Assembly: GCA_963720565.1 (NCBI GenBank)
Contig: CAVRFW010000009.1
Span: forward strand, 1-64,000
DNA: 64,000 nucleotides
Source of the DNA: Candidatus Bathyarchaeota archaeon
Lineage (GTDB): Archaea; Thermoproteota; Bathyarchaeia; Bathyarchaeales; Bathycorpusculaceae
Direction of reading: 5' to 3'
A program made the position numbers and the translations under genes. The notes under the pieces were generated by a model. That model saw only the letters and a list, made by a program, of their open reading frames with translations, was not told where the DNA came from and did no database searches. Positions 1-9,974 of this stretch are shown piece after piece; the first letter of the stretch is position 1; the number at the start of each line of letters is the position of its first letter.

Positions 1-185
1 AACAAAAACAGAAAAAGCAATAAACAACTGCATTTTCAGTTTTTTCCAGATTAGCTAAGTGCGCGTACCCAATTTTCAAATGTTTTACCTATGACGTTTA
101 CAAGGTAGCAAAAGCGGATTAATTAATTTTCCACGCGGTTTTCTTGTGAAATGTTAATTTAGGCAGGTACCACAATAATTTTCAG

Positions 186-868
186 ATGCAGAAAATTAGA
201 GCAATACTGTTCGATTTGGATAACACCCTAAGCGACTTCATGCTTATGAAAGAAGAAGCTTGCAAAGCTGCTGCTCACGCTATGGTAGCTGCTGGGATAA
301 ACATGACTGAAAAAGCGGCATACGACCAGCTTGTTAAGACCTATTTTGACTTGGGCCTTGAGTACGAGACATAGCTTTTACGGAGTTCCTACGCAATACA
401 GGTGAATTCAATCACAAGGTTTTAGCAGCTGCCATAAACGCGTACTTGAAAACGAAATCTGACTTCATAAAACCGTATCCCCGTGTAAAGTCAACTCTTC
501 GAAAACTGCAGAACCAGTTCATTGTTCTGGGGGTCATAACTGATGCTCCCAAGACAAAAGCATACCAGCGATTCCTAGAAATGGGAATCGAACCCTACTT
601 CAAATTTGTCGTAGGGTTTGAGGACACTGCAAGCAAGAAGCAAGCAGGTTTGCCTTTCACTAGCTCTATCCGAGCTCAAAAAAGAACTTCCAGACATTAA
701 AGAGTCCGAGATACTCATGGTTGGAGATTCAATCGAAAGGGACATCCAACCTGCAAAACAACTTGGAATGAAGACAGCTCTTGCAAAGTATGGCCAAGAA
801 GCAAAGAAATGATGACGGCGGACTATGAACTGAAAGGCATTAAAGACCTTGAAAACATCGTTAAATAG
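186..868 (+). CDS. HAD-superfamily hydrolase (subfamily IA), split by about 3 indels
   Basis: Motif I FDLDNT (186..374), motif II ITD (446..700) and motif IV MVGDSIERDI (618..812) lie in successive frames; tail ADYELKGIKDLENIVK ends at 868. Confidence 0.85.
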
Positions 869-944
869 CTTTGGCAAGCGCACGCCAGTAGCATGTCTTC
901 AAGGAATCATTTATTGATTCACGGTTCATAAGGCTAATGGCGTT

Positions 945-1582
945 TTGAGCAGATTCGGTTATCTGCAGGTTAAACCTCGGTTGAAAACATCGGTGAAAAT
1001 CGCCATAGGCGTCATGGCAACGCTTATTTTCTCAGGTGTCATTGTTCTTGTTCCTAACTTGCTTCAGGAATCGCCAAATTTGCTTAATCCCAAGCCAACT
1101 CCGACGCCCACGCCAGCTGCCACGATCACTCCTGCTCCATGCTGCAACGCAGTCTCCAACGGTTACTCCAACACCTGTTCCCACAGGACTCAGTGAAACT
1201 GAGCAAACAGAAGCTTACATATTCCAATTCATCAACGAAGAGAGAGCAGGTCGAGATTTGCCAATTCTGGGCACTGATGCAAATCTATCCGGCGTCTCTA
1301 AAGAGTGGAGCGAGTACCTTGCATCAATCAACGATTTAACCCATGGCGACTTTGCGAGTAGAATGGAAAGCATCGGTTACTCTTCGTATTCATGCGGAGA
1401 AATTATAGCGTATACAAGTGGAGGCACACCTTCGGAGGTGGCAAGAAAAATTCGTTGACGTGTGGCTTGAGTCACCACCGCACCGTGAGATTATGCTGAC
1501 CTCATCAAACGGGTATATGGGCGTAGGAGTAAGCAAATCGGTATCTGCATTTTACGGTGTTGTCGATTTTAGATTTGGATAG
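945..1582 (+). CDS. CAP/SCP-domain protein with N-terminal membrane anchor and Pro/Thr linker, frameshifted at ~1140 and ~1450
   Basis: TM segment, PTPTP linker, then INEERAGRDLP..L, LTHG, CGEIIA and in the next frame WLESPPHREIML (CAP signature). Confidence 0.8.
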
Positions 1583-1656
1583 CTGCTAGTGCGTGGTTGC
1601 TTACCAAAGTCCATATTAAGCTTGGCCAACGTCCAGTCTATCTGAGGCGCAAGGTC

Positions 1657-2327
1657 ATGACCGAGATCTTCCTGTCATTACGTTTGAAGTTGGCAGGCGG
1701 CGGATTCCTCCAGGCGACAAGAGACTGGCTCACGAAGAAAAGAGACTATCTTTCCAAGACATGGGTCAAGAAAGGACCAACCACGTTACGTCGTATCCAG
1801 AGGCAATGCGGCTTGGATTTTCCCGCCAGAACAATTGCAGAGGGAATGACCGTTTACTTGCACAAACGACAAAACAGTGACAACCTCGGAGGAATGGAAG
1901 AAACCAAGCCTCTTGAATGCGAAGTATACATTCGAAAAAGCGATACCTGGAGAGACATAAAGCCGACTCTGGTTCATGAACTGATTCACTGTTTGATGTG
2001 GCGGAAGTCCTATTTTGACCTAAGAACAGGCAAGGCAACCTTCTTTGCAGACGTGTTTGCGGATGAACTGGTAACCTCTGTTGTGGAAAGTCTGGTGATG
2101 GGTCGAAAACCCGGCTATGGCACGTGCAACGACGCCATTGACTACGCATTAGAAGAAACAGTAGCCCGACTTCAGGACGGGATAGACGCGAGAAACTGGT
2201 CAAGGCACTAATGGCTTTCTTTGAGGACTTCCGACTCAAGATGAAACGCAAAAAATCCAACATTCTCAAGGAAAGAGAAAGAGTGTTGGGAAGACTGCCA
2301 AGTCTCCTTCCAGAAACAATTGAATAA
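1657..2327 (+). CDS. Hypothetical protein with HExxH zincin-like motif, probable frameshift near 2180
   Basis: TLVHELIHCL followed by ADELVT; coding-like continuation DRREKLVKALM... stops at 2327. Confidence 0.55.
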
Positions 2328-2649
2328 GAACAGGCATTGCCCAATCAAGCTTCGACACAAGAGCGAGTGATGAAGTGACCGAGTTATAGCTGAGTGACGT
2401 AAGAGTTATTGGTTGACTAAAATCTAGTCCAACCCAACCACCCATGACTAATGCAGGCAAGCAAGTAATGCATTTTCGGTAGCGCGTATTTTTCAAAACT
2501 TCAGAATGCTAGGCTTTAAATGCGCGCGTAGCTATCAAGCTAGAGGTCTCTCTTCAACAAGAGGAAAATCCACTATATGAATGGGAAAAAATGCGACCCA
2601 CTATTCTTTCAGATAGCCAAGAGCGCAAGACGAAACTAAAGGAATTGTT

Positions 2650-4629
2650 ATGACAGATCCGCTCTTATTTGCCTTCGGGGTTGGGATGATTGCCATTTTG
2701 GCAGCGTCTTTTATTACGCGTTGGATACTCAAACGAGATTCTGGTACGACTCGCATGCGAGAAGTGAACAGGTACATCGTGACAGGAACTAACGCTTACC
2801 TAAAGAGGCAATTAAGGACTATCCTTCTTGTCATACCATGGTTAGCTGTGGCAATTCTCTTTTTCTTCAATTGGACTACTTCCGTAGCTTTCGTTTGCGG
2901 GGTCCTTCTCTCCCTACTGGCAGGGTACATTGGCATGAACGTCGCAGTAAGAGCCAACATAAGAACCACAAGCGCCGCTACGCGTTCACCGGGAGAAGCT
3001 TTGAGAACGGGTTTTTTGGGAGGTTCGGTTATGGGCCTAGCGGTTCCAGGGATAAGTCTAATTTCGTTATTCCTATTGCGAACAGCCTTGAATGATATTT
3101 CGGCGCTTGTTGGATTCGGATTTGGAGCAAGCCTAGCGGCACTTTTTGCGCAGATCGGAGGTGGCATATATACCAAAGCAGCTGACATTGGGGCAGATTT
3201 GGTTGGCAAGATCGAAATGGAGATTCCTGAGGACGACCCGAGAAATCCGGCTGTGATTGCCGATTTGGTTGGAGACAATGTGGGTGATTGCGCTGGAAGA
3301 GGTTCAGATTTATTCCAGACTTTCAGTGGTGACATCATAACTGGCATGTTGATGGGCGTCCTCTTCATTTCGAGATATGGCGCCAACGGAGTAGTGTTTC
3401 CATTCATGCTCGAAGCAGTTGGTGTTCTGGCGTCCATGTTTGGGATGTCACTGGTTAGAAGGTGGAGACGGATAGGCTCAACAGGGTCTTTGGTTATCGG
3501 TCTCCTGGTTACAGCAATTCTCAGCTCGATTGGCTTGTTCTTTCTGTCCACGTTGTTCTTAAATGATGTGTCGCTATTCTTTGCAGGTCTTCTTGGGGTT
3601 TCAGCAGTACTCGTTTGTGTCCTAATTACACTTTACTACACTGGTCTAGGACGTGGGCCCGTACATCATGTTGCCGAGGCCTCGCAAGCAGGTCCTGCTA
3701 TAAACTTGATAACTGGCATATCGACCGGACTGGCAACTCCATTATTTCCGATGATTGCAGTCTTAGTTGCTGTAGTAGTTTCATTCATAATCACTGGCCA
3801 ATCTCTCTACGGATTAGTCATAACAAACATTGGCACGGACTTTGCCATTGCATTCATCATGGCTTCTGACACGTTCGGTCCAATAACCGACAATGCTGCA
3901 GGAATAGCTGAAATGTCTGGAATCTCAGGTCAAGCCTCTGAGACTTTGAATTCTCTAGACGCTGTGGGGAACACTATGAAGGCATCAACTAAGGGCTATG
4001 CCATGGCGTCAGGCACAGTTACCTCCTTCTTGATCTTTGCAACCTATTTTGCAACGGCTAATATTTCCCTAATCTCGCTTGCATCACCATATCCCATTGC
4101 GGCACTGTTTCTAGGTATAGTCTTGCCTTTGCCACTAGCTTCACTGACGATAAGGGCGACCTCCGACGGCGCTTTCAAAATGGTTGATGAAGCACGCCGC
4201 CAGTTCAAGGAGATCATAGGGCTCAGAGAGGGCAAGGTCACTCCTGATTATGCAAAGTGCATAGATATAGCTACCAAAAATGCGCTCAGCAGAATGGTGG
4301 CACCAGGACTAATTTCAATAGCAACGCCCATAGCTGTGGGCTTGCTATTTGGTCCAACCGAGCTGGGAATGCTACTCATAGGGGCTACAGGTTCCGCAGC
4401 CATGCTAGGCTTCTTCTTTAACAATACAGGCGCTTTACTGGACAATGCCAAAAAACTAGTTGAAAGTGGACTATACGGAGGAAAGAAATCAGAAACGCAC
4501 AAGGCTACAATAATCGGAGACACAGTAGGAGACCCGCTGAAGGACGTCGCAGGCCCTTCTGTTCTCATATTCATGAAACTCATAGGCATGACAGCCCTAC
4601 TTATGCTCCCGATATTGACAAGTGTCTAA
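2650..4629 (+). CDS. hppA: Membrane-bound ion-translocating pyrophosphatase, K+-independent type
   Basis: GGGIYTKAADIGADLVGKIE, IPEDDPRNPAVIADLVGDNVGD, DTFGPITDNA, GNTMKA, GDTVGDPLKD; multiple TM helices. Confidence 0.97.
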   Translation: MTDPLLFAFGVGMIAILAASFITRWILKRDSGTTRMREVNRYIVTGTNAYLKRQLRTILLVIPWLAVAILFFFNWTTSVAFVCGVLLSLLAGYIGMNVAVRANIRTTSAATRSPGEALRTGFLGGSVMGLAVPGISLISLFLLRTALNDISALVGFGFGASLAALFAQIGGGIYTKAADIGADLVGKIEMEIPEDDPRNPAVIADLVGDNVGDCAGRGSDLFQTFSGDIITGMLMGVLFISRYGANGVVFPFMLEAVGVLASMFGMSLVRRWRRIGSTGSLVIGLLVTAILSSIGLFFLSTLFLNDVSLFFAGLLGVSAVLVCVLITLYYTGLGRGPVHHVAEASQAGPAINLITGISTGLATPLFPMIAVLVAVVVSFIITGQSLYGLVITNIGTDFAIAFIMASDTFGPITDNAAGIAEMSGISGQASETLNSLDAVGNTMKASTKGYAMASGTVTSFLIFATYFATANISLISLASPYPIAALFLGIVLPLPLASLTIRATSDGAFKMVDEARRQFKEIIGLREGKVTPDYAKCIDIATKNALSRMVAPGLISIATPIAVGLLFGPTELGMLLIGATGSAAMLGFFFNNTGALLDNAKKLVESGLYGGKKSETHKATIIGDTVGDPLKDVAGPSVLIFMKLIGMTALLMLPILTSV

Positions 4630-4807
4630 CCGAAGCTTCATTTCCCCTATTTCAGCAGTTGCCTCTCTTCACTCCAGCGAACAAGCCCCGTCTTCCTTTG
4701 CACGCTCCTCTCATAAGGCGCGGACTATGCTTTTGGAGCCACAGGTGAGAATTGGTTTTTGCCGTTGAGGATGCACTGTAGTTATTGGCGTTAGGGTAAG
4801 GCTTCTG

Positions 4808-5254
4808 CTATTTTTCGAAGGCTTCGGGAATGGGGTAGTGACTTCGTCCCATTGCTTCGAGAATGTAATCGGAGAAGGTTTTCTTGCCTAGAAACCTTGC
4901 AAAGTCGGTGACGGTGATTATTCCAACTAGCTGATTATCCTTTATTACAGCAAGTCGTCGAATACCTTTGCTGACCATTCTTCGAGCAGCTTCTTTGATT
5001 GGAGCTTCTGGGTCGATTACTCTGAGGGGGGTACTCATAACCTCTGAAACTCTGGTGCTAGTCGATTTTCCCACCGCCAATACTCTCCGTACAACATCCC
5101 TTTCGGTCATGATCCCGACAGGCGTATTGTTTTCCATGACCACCAAGTCGCCTACGTCATTCTGCGACATTAAAACTGCGGCTTCAATAACAGTCCTGTT
5201 AACATCGATGGTTAGAACGTCTTTTGTCATTAAGTCCTTGACTGTTGGCATCAC
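4808..5254 (-). CDS. CBS domain pair protein
   Basis: Two CBS repeats (VKDLMTKDV..VGIMTERDVV; VSEVMSTPL..LVGIITVTDF). Confidence 0.92.
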   Translation of the reverse strand: MMPTVKDLMTKDVLTIDVNRTVIEAAVLMSQNDVGDLVVMENNTPVGIMTERDVVRRVLAVGKSTSTRVSEVMSTPLRVIDPEAPIKEAARRMVSKGIRRLAVIKDNQLVGIITVTDFARFLGKKTFSDYILEAMGRSHYPIPEAFEK

Positions 5255-5505
5255 TTTTAAGAGTGCATGATCGCATAAAAGCCTTTTTCCAGTTTTGGAT
5301 TCGGTCCCCAGTATTGAAGGTTGTAGGGCAATTTTCGCGTGGGGTTGTTCAGACTAATGACTGCCAATTGATGTTAGGAGTTGCAGCGGTGACCGTTAGC
5401 ACGCGCTTTAATCGTGCGCTAACAACCTTTTGCGTCTGCAGTTTTTTTGGCGAAGAGAAACTAATAACGGAGTCCTCATTGTCAATGTGTAATTGTTGAA
5501 GAAAG

Positions 5506-6665
5506 TTGGTGGCGAGAAAGTCTGTAATAGTAATCTTTCTGATAGTGGTTCTTTCAATTTCGATATTTGCAGCGAAAGAATTGCTTAGCAGAAGCGGCTC
5601 TGATTCAGACGTCTTTGTTGGCGTTGAATTCGCCTATAGTGACAAAGTGTCTGACTTGAAGGAGTTGGTTGACAAAGTAAAGGGTTACACGAGTCTTTTC
5701 GTAATAGGTTCACTGCCGATAACTTTCAATCAGACTGGATTGGACGAGGCTTGCGATTATGTTGTTGATGCTGGCTTACGCTTGATTGTTTTGTTTACAG
5801 ACAGCACAATGTACAATTTCACAATTGTCAAGGCAGGTCAGGTTCATAATTACACCGTTTTTGACTGGATGAATGACGCTAGGCTAAAGTATGGTGACAG
5901 TTTGCTGGGCATCTATAGGTATGACGAGCCGGGAGGAAACCAGCTAGACCAGGGTGCTGCCATGATGATTAAGAACGCTACAGACTACGCCGACGCCGCA
6001 TCACTCTTTACTTTAAATCTGGGGATAATAGTTAATTACTATTTGGATTATACGACGAGGCTCTTTACGGCGGACTATGGTCTTTACTGGTTTGACTACG
6101 AAGCTGGCTACAGTGCCGTGTTTGCAGAGTTCGGGTGGAACCACAGCAGAAACTTGAACATAGCACTTTGTAGAGGCGCTGCAAAAGCCTATAACAAGGA
6201 TTGGGGTGCCATAGTCACTTGGGAGTACACCAACCCTCCCTACATTGGGTCAGGAGACAGCTTTACGAGGACATGGTTCTGGCTTACAAGAATGGGGCAA
6301 AATACATCATAATTTTTGACTACCCGCAAATTGAACAATACGGAATTTTGACAGACGCTCATTTTGATGCAATCAAAAAATTCTGGAATTATGTCCAGAG
6401 TAACCCGCACGGTTATGGAGAATACGTGGGGGAGGTGGCGTATGTTCTGCCCGAGGATTACGGCTTTGGTTTTAGGAGTCCGGAAGACAAGATTTGGGGA
6501 CTGTGGGGTCCAGATGTTTTGTCACAGAAGGTTTGGGAAGACGCAGACACCCTGATAGCAAGGTATGGTTCCAGTTTGGATATTGTCTACGACGACTCGG
6601 AAGTTTTTGACGCTGTACGCGGCCGCTATAGAAACATATTCTTCTGGAATGGCACAATTAAATAG
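5506..6665 (+). CDS. Exported hypothetical protein (possibly glycoside-hydrolase-like barrel), frameshift at ~6259
   Basis: Signal/anchor peptide and YRYDEPGG motif; ORFs 5506..6312 and 6201..6665 join with one inserted base. Confidence 0.65.
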
Positions 6666-6983
6666 TACACTGTAGCACGATTGAAGCGTCAGTTTGGCTA
6701 TTTCCATCTGAAAATTCTTGCTGATATCAGAATCCCTGCACTAGAATGCCGAGCATGATAGCGATTTCTGTTACGTGTTGAGCCAAGCTTTCCTATCCAT
6801 AGGCTTTGCAGGAGAGTTGTTACGTGGGTCATTGGAAGGATTTGTGCAACCTGCCATTATGAGCAAGAAATGGCGTGAAATCTACCTTAGCGCGGACAGA
6901 CTGCACGCTATTTTCTTGAATCGGGTGTTCTTTTTCACATCTGCATTTAGTATTTTCCACTGTTACCTTTCTTTTGAAAAATA

Positions 6984-7051
6984 TTAAATACGAGTTGATC
7001 CCATGAGAGTATCTGCCTTGCAAAAGGCATATACTGAAAGGAGAAAAGAAA
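6984..7051 (+). promoter_or_regulatory. TATA box, GCCTT-GCAA-AAGGC hairpin and RBS of beta-propeller paralog 1
   Basis: TTAAATA 6984-6990; TGCCTT/AAGGCA inverted repeat 7014-7029; GAAAGGAGAA before ATG 7052. Confidence 0.75.
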
Positions 7052-9628
7052 ATGACTAGAAACAAAACTGCTATAGCGATTGCTATACTTCTGACATTTG
7101 CCATGACATTTTCACTTATTGCTTTACCTACTGTTAACGCACAAGGTTACAAAGAGAAAACAACATACTCTTACGTTATCGCTACACCTAACCCAGTGGG
7201 CATTGGTCAACCAGCGCACATCATCTGCGGAACTACAGACTATCTTCTACAGTATCCCGACGGATGGACCGGGATAACTGTAACGGTCACCAAACCTGAC
7301 GGTACAACCGAAACCCTTGGACCCTTCAAGACAGACGCCACAGGCTCAACAGGCACGACATACGTACCTGCCACGGCTGGCACCTACAAATTCCAATCCC
7401 ACTTCCCCGCACAATGGTACAACTGGACATCCCCTGCACTTTTTGATCCCACATTCTTTGGTCCTGTATGGTATTTAGCCAGCGACAGTCCGGAATTCGT
7501 GCTCACTGTACAAACAGAACCGCTTCCAAGCTATCCAGGAGTTCCACTGCCAACAGAATACTGGACCCGTCCCATAGACGCACAGCAACGAGAATGGGCA
7601 ATGATTGCTGGAAACTGGGTTGACGCGCCTTTCAACATGTACACTGAAAACAACGAAGGACCCGAAACAGCTCACGTACTATGGGCAGAACCACTCATAG
7701 AAGGAGCGTTTAGCCCACTCGGCGGAGGCATAGCTGGAGGATTTACTACAGGAGGACCGGCTTACGACCTTGGATTCGAAACTGGCGACGCCTACGAAGG
7801 ATTCTTCATGAGCTCAAGTCTACTCGGCAGCCGCTGGCCAGTGATTATCGGTGGCGTGCTCTATTTCAACGTAGAAAAAGCTGACGGTGCTACAAGAATT
7901 GAGAGGGAGATTGTTGCTGTGGACTTACGTACTGGCGAAGAACTATGGAAGAGAAACTGGAACAACACAAGACTAGATTTCGGCCAATTATTCTACTGGG
8001 ACTCTTACAACTACCACGGAGTCTACGCATATCTGTATTCAGTGGTTGGCACAACCTACAACGTGTACGAAGCCTCTAACGGACGCTGGGTATTCAGCAT
8101 CAATAATGTTCCGTCAGGCACGAGGTTGTATGGACCCAATGGGGAACTGCTCATATACACGATCAACCAGGCAGCAGGCTGGATGACACTATGGAACTCG
8201 ACTCACGTTGAAAGACAACAAAAGATCAGGGATTATGGTCCATCAGGATCATTCCACGGAAGTTGGCTGAATCAAGGTTCAGGCTACATGGGAACAACAC
8301 TCAACGGCAGCCTCGGCTACATGTGGAACAAGACTATACCATTAGGTCTGCCAGGATCAGTCTGGGCTGTTTACCCAGACGATATGGTAGTCGGTAACCA
8401 ATTGTACGGTGGCTGGATGGTTGTAGGCGAAGACCCCGCTGTATTCTGGGCAGTCAGCCTCAAAGCAGGGACAAGAAGGACAACTGCTATACAATAGAAC
8501 TTGGGCTAGACCACAAGGCGACATAGCCATGATTAGAGCTGCTGTAAGCAGAGACAGTCGTGTTTTCACTTTGCGTGCCAAAGAAAAGATGCAGATGTAC
8601 GGTTTCAACCTTGACACAGGTGCCAAATGTGGGGTCCAACTGAACCGTTTGACATCCGCTCCATATACGGCGCAACTGCTTACATCGCATACGACAAATT
8701 GTTCTTCACAGCCGACTTTGCCGGAATAGTATACTGCTACGATGTGAAAACAGGCGAGCTCGAATGGACATACGAGGTTAGAGATCCCTACGGAAGCAGC
8801 GAGATGTACCAAAAAGAGTTCGGAGGCGAGATGTGGCCTATCACTCCGTTGTTCATAACCGACGGAAAAATCTACATAGGCCAGAGCGAACACTCACCAG
8901 AGAACCCCTTGCCACGCGGTGCACCATTCATCTGCATTGACGTAGAAACAGGCGGAGAAGTTTTCCGAGTAAACGGCATGTTCCGTCAAACCCGCTGGGG
9001 TGGACGTGCAATCATAGGCGACAGCATAATTGCAACCATGGACACATATGACCAGCGCATATACGGAATAGGCAAGGGACCAAGCGCTACCACAGTCACG
9101 ATACAAGACGACATCGTCACTCACGGAGACAGCGTTCTAGTGAAAGGCATGGTGACTGACATTTCAGCCGGCACGAAGGATGACTCTTTGGCGTCTCGTT
9201 TTCCACACGGTGTTCCCGCAGTCTCTGATGCAAGCATGAGCGACTGGATGCTATACGTGTACAAAGAATTCCCATGCCCAGCAAACGCCACCGGCGTTGA
9301 AGTAATAGTTGAGGTATTTGATCCGAACAACAACTACTACGAAGTCGGCAGAGCTACAAGCGACGGCGCTGGATTCTTCAGCTTGGCTTTCACTCCGGAA
9401 GTTCCGGGCAAATACACTGTCATAACTAGATTCGCAGGCACCAAGTCCTACTGGCCATCGTACACAGAAACCGCAATCAACGTCGAGCAAGCACCCGAGG
9501 CCACTCCAGAACCAACACAAGCTCCAGCGACAATGGCTGAACAGTACTTCCTGCCCTCAGTAGCAGGCATAATCGCAGCAATCGCAGTAGTCGGCGCAGT
9601 AATAGTGCTGATGCTCAGAAAACGGTAA
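7052..9628 (+). CDS. Surface-anchored PQQ-like beta-propeller repeat protein, paralog 1 (frameshifts at ~8468 and ~8625)
   Basis: Signal peptide, PNPVGIGQ, LPTEYWTRPI, DLRTGEELW and DVKTGELEW blade repeats, C-terminal TM+LRKR; colinear with paralogs 2 and 3. Confidence 0.85.
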
Positions 9629-9654
9629 AAAACCCGAAAATACAAATTTCAATC

Positions 9655-9666
9655 TCCCCTTTTTTT
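9655..9666 (+). terminator. C-run/oligo-T archaeal terminator
   Basis: TCCCCTTTTTTT about 27 nt after the stop; same pattern after paralogs 2 and 3. Confidence 0.6.
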
Positions 9667-9906
9667 ATAAAAACGTTTTCATGGCACTTCAATGAACGCT
9701 TGCGATAAGTTTTAGTGGGATAATCTCTATCAGACTTGATGGAGAAAGATGTAGAAGCCAATTAAGGGCGAAATTTGCTCTCTGAACTGGAATCAGCGAT
9801 AGCTGGGTAGCTATTGGGATTTGAAATCTGCTGTTCTTCCCTGCTTGGTCTCCGGTTTCGTTCTCAGCTCTCTTTTTCCTTGCTGTTTCTCGATTTGGAA
9901 AATTGC

Positions 9907-9974
9907 TTAAATAGGAGGCATACTAGAAGAATAGTAGCTTTGAAAAAAGGCTTATAATGAAAGGAGAATAGAAA
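9907..9974 (+). promoter_or_regulatory. TATA box, AGCTTT-GAAAA-AAGGCT hairpin and RBS of paralog 2
   Basis: TTAAATA 9907-9913; inverted repeat with one G-U pair at 9936-9952; GAAAGGAGAA before ATG 9975. Confidence 0.72.

Noticed and set aside
2796..3551. Long antisense ORFs (also 1766..2344, 8357..8893, 41755..42189, 60241..60696)
   Set aside because: Shadows of well-supported genes on the opposite strand
5395..5423. Imperfect inverted repeat GTTAGCACGCG-N7-CGTGCGCTAAC
   Set aside because: Single imperfect copy with no family match or second occurrence seen
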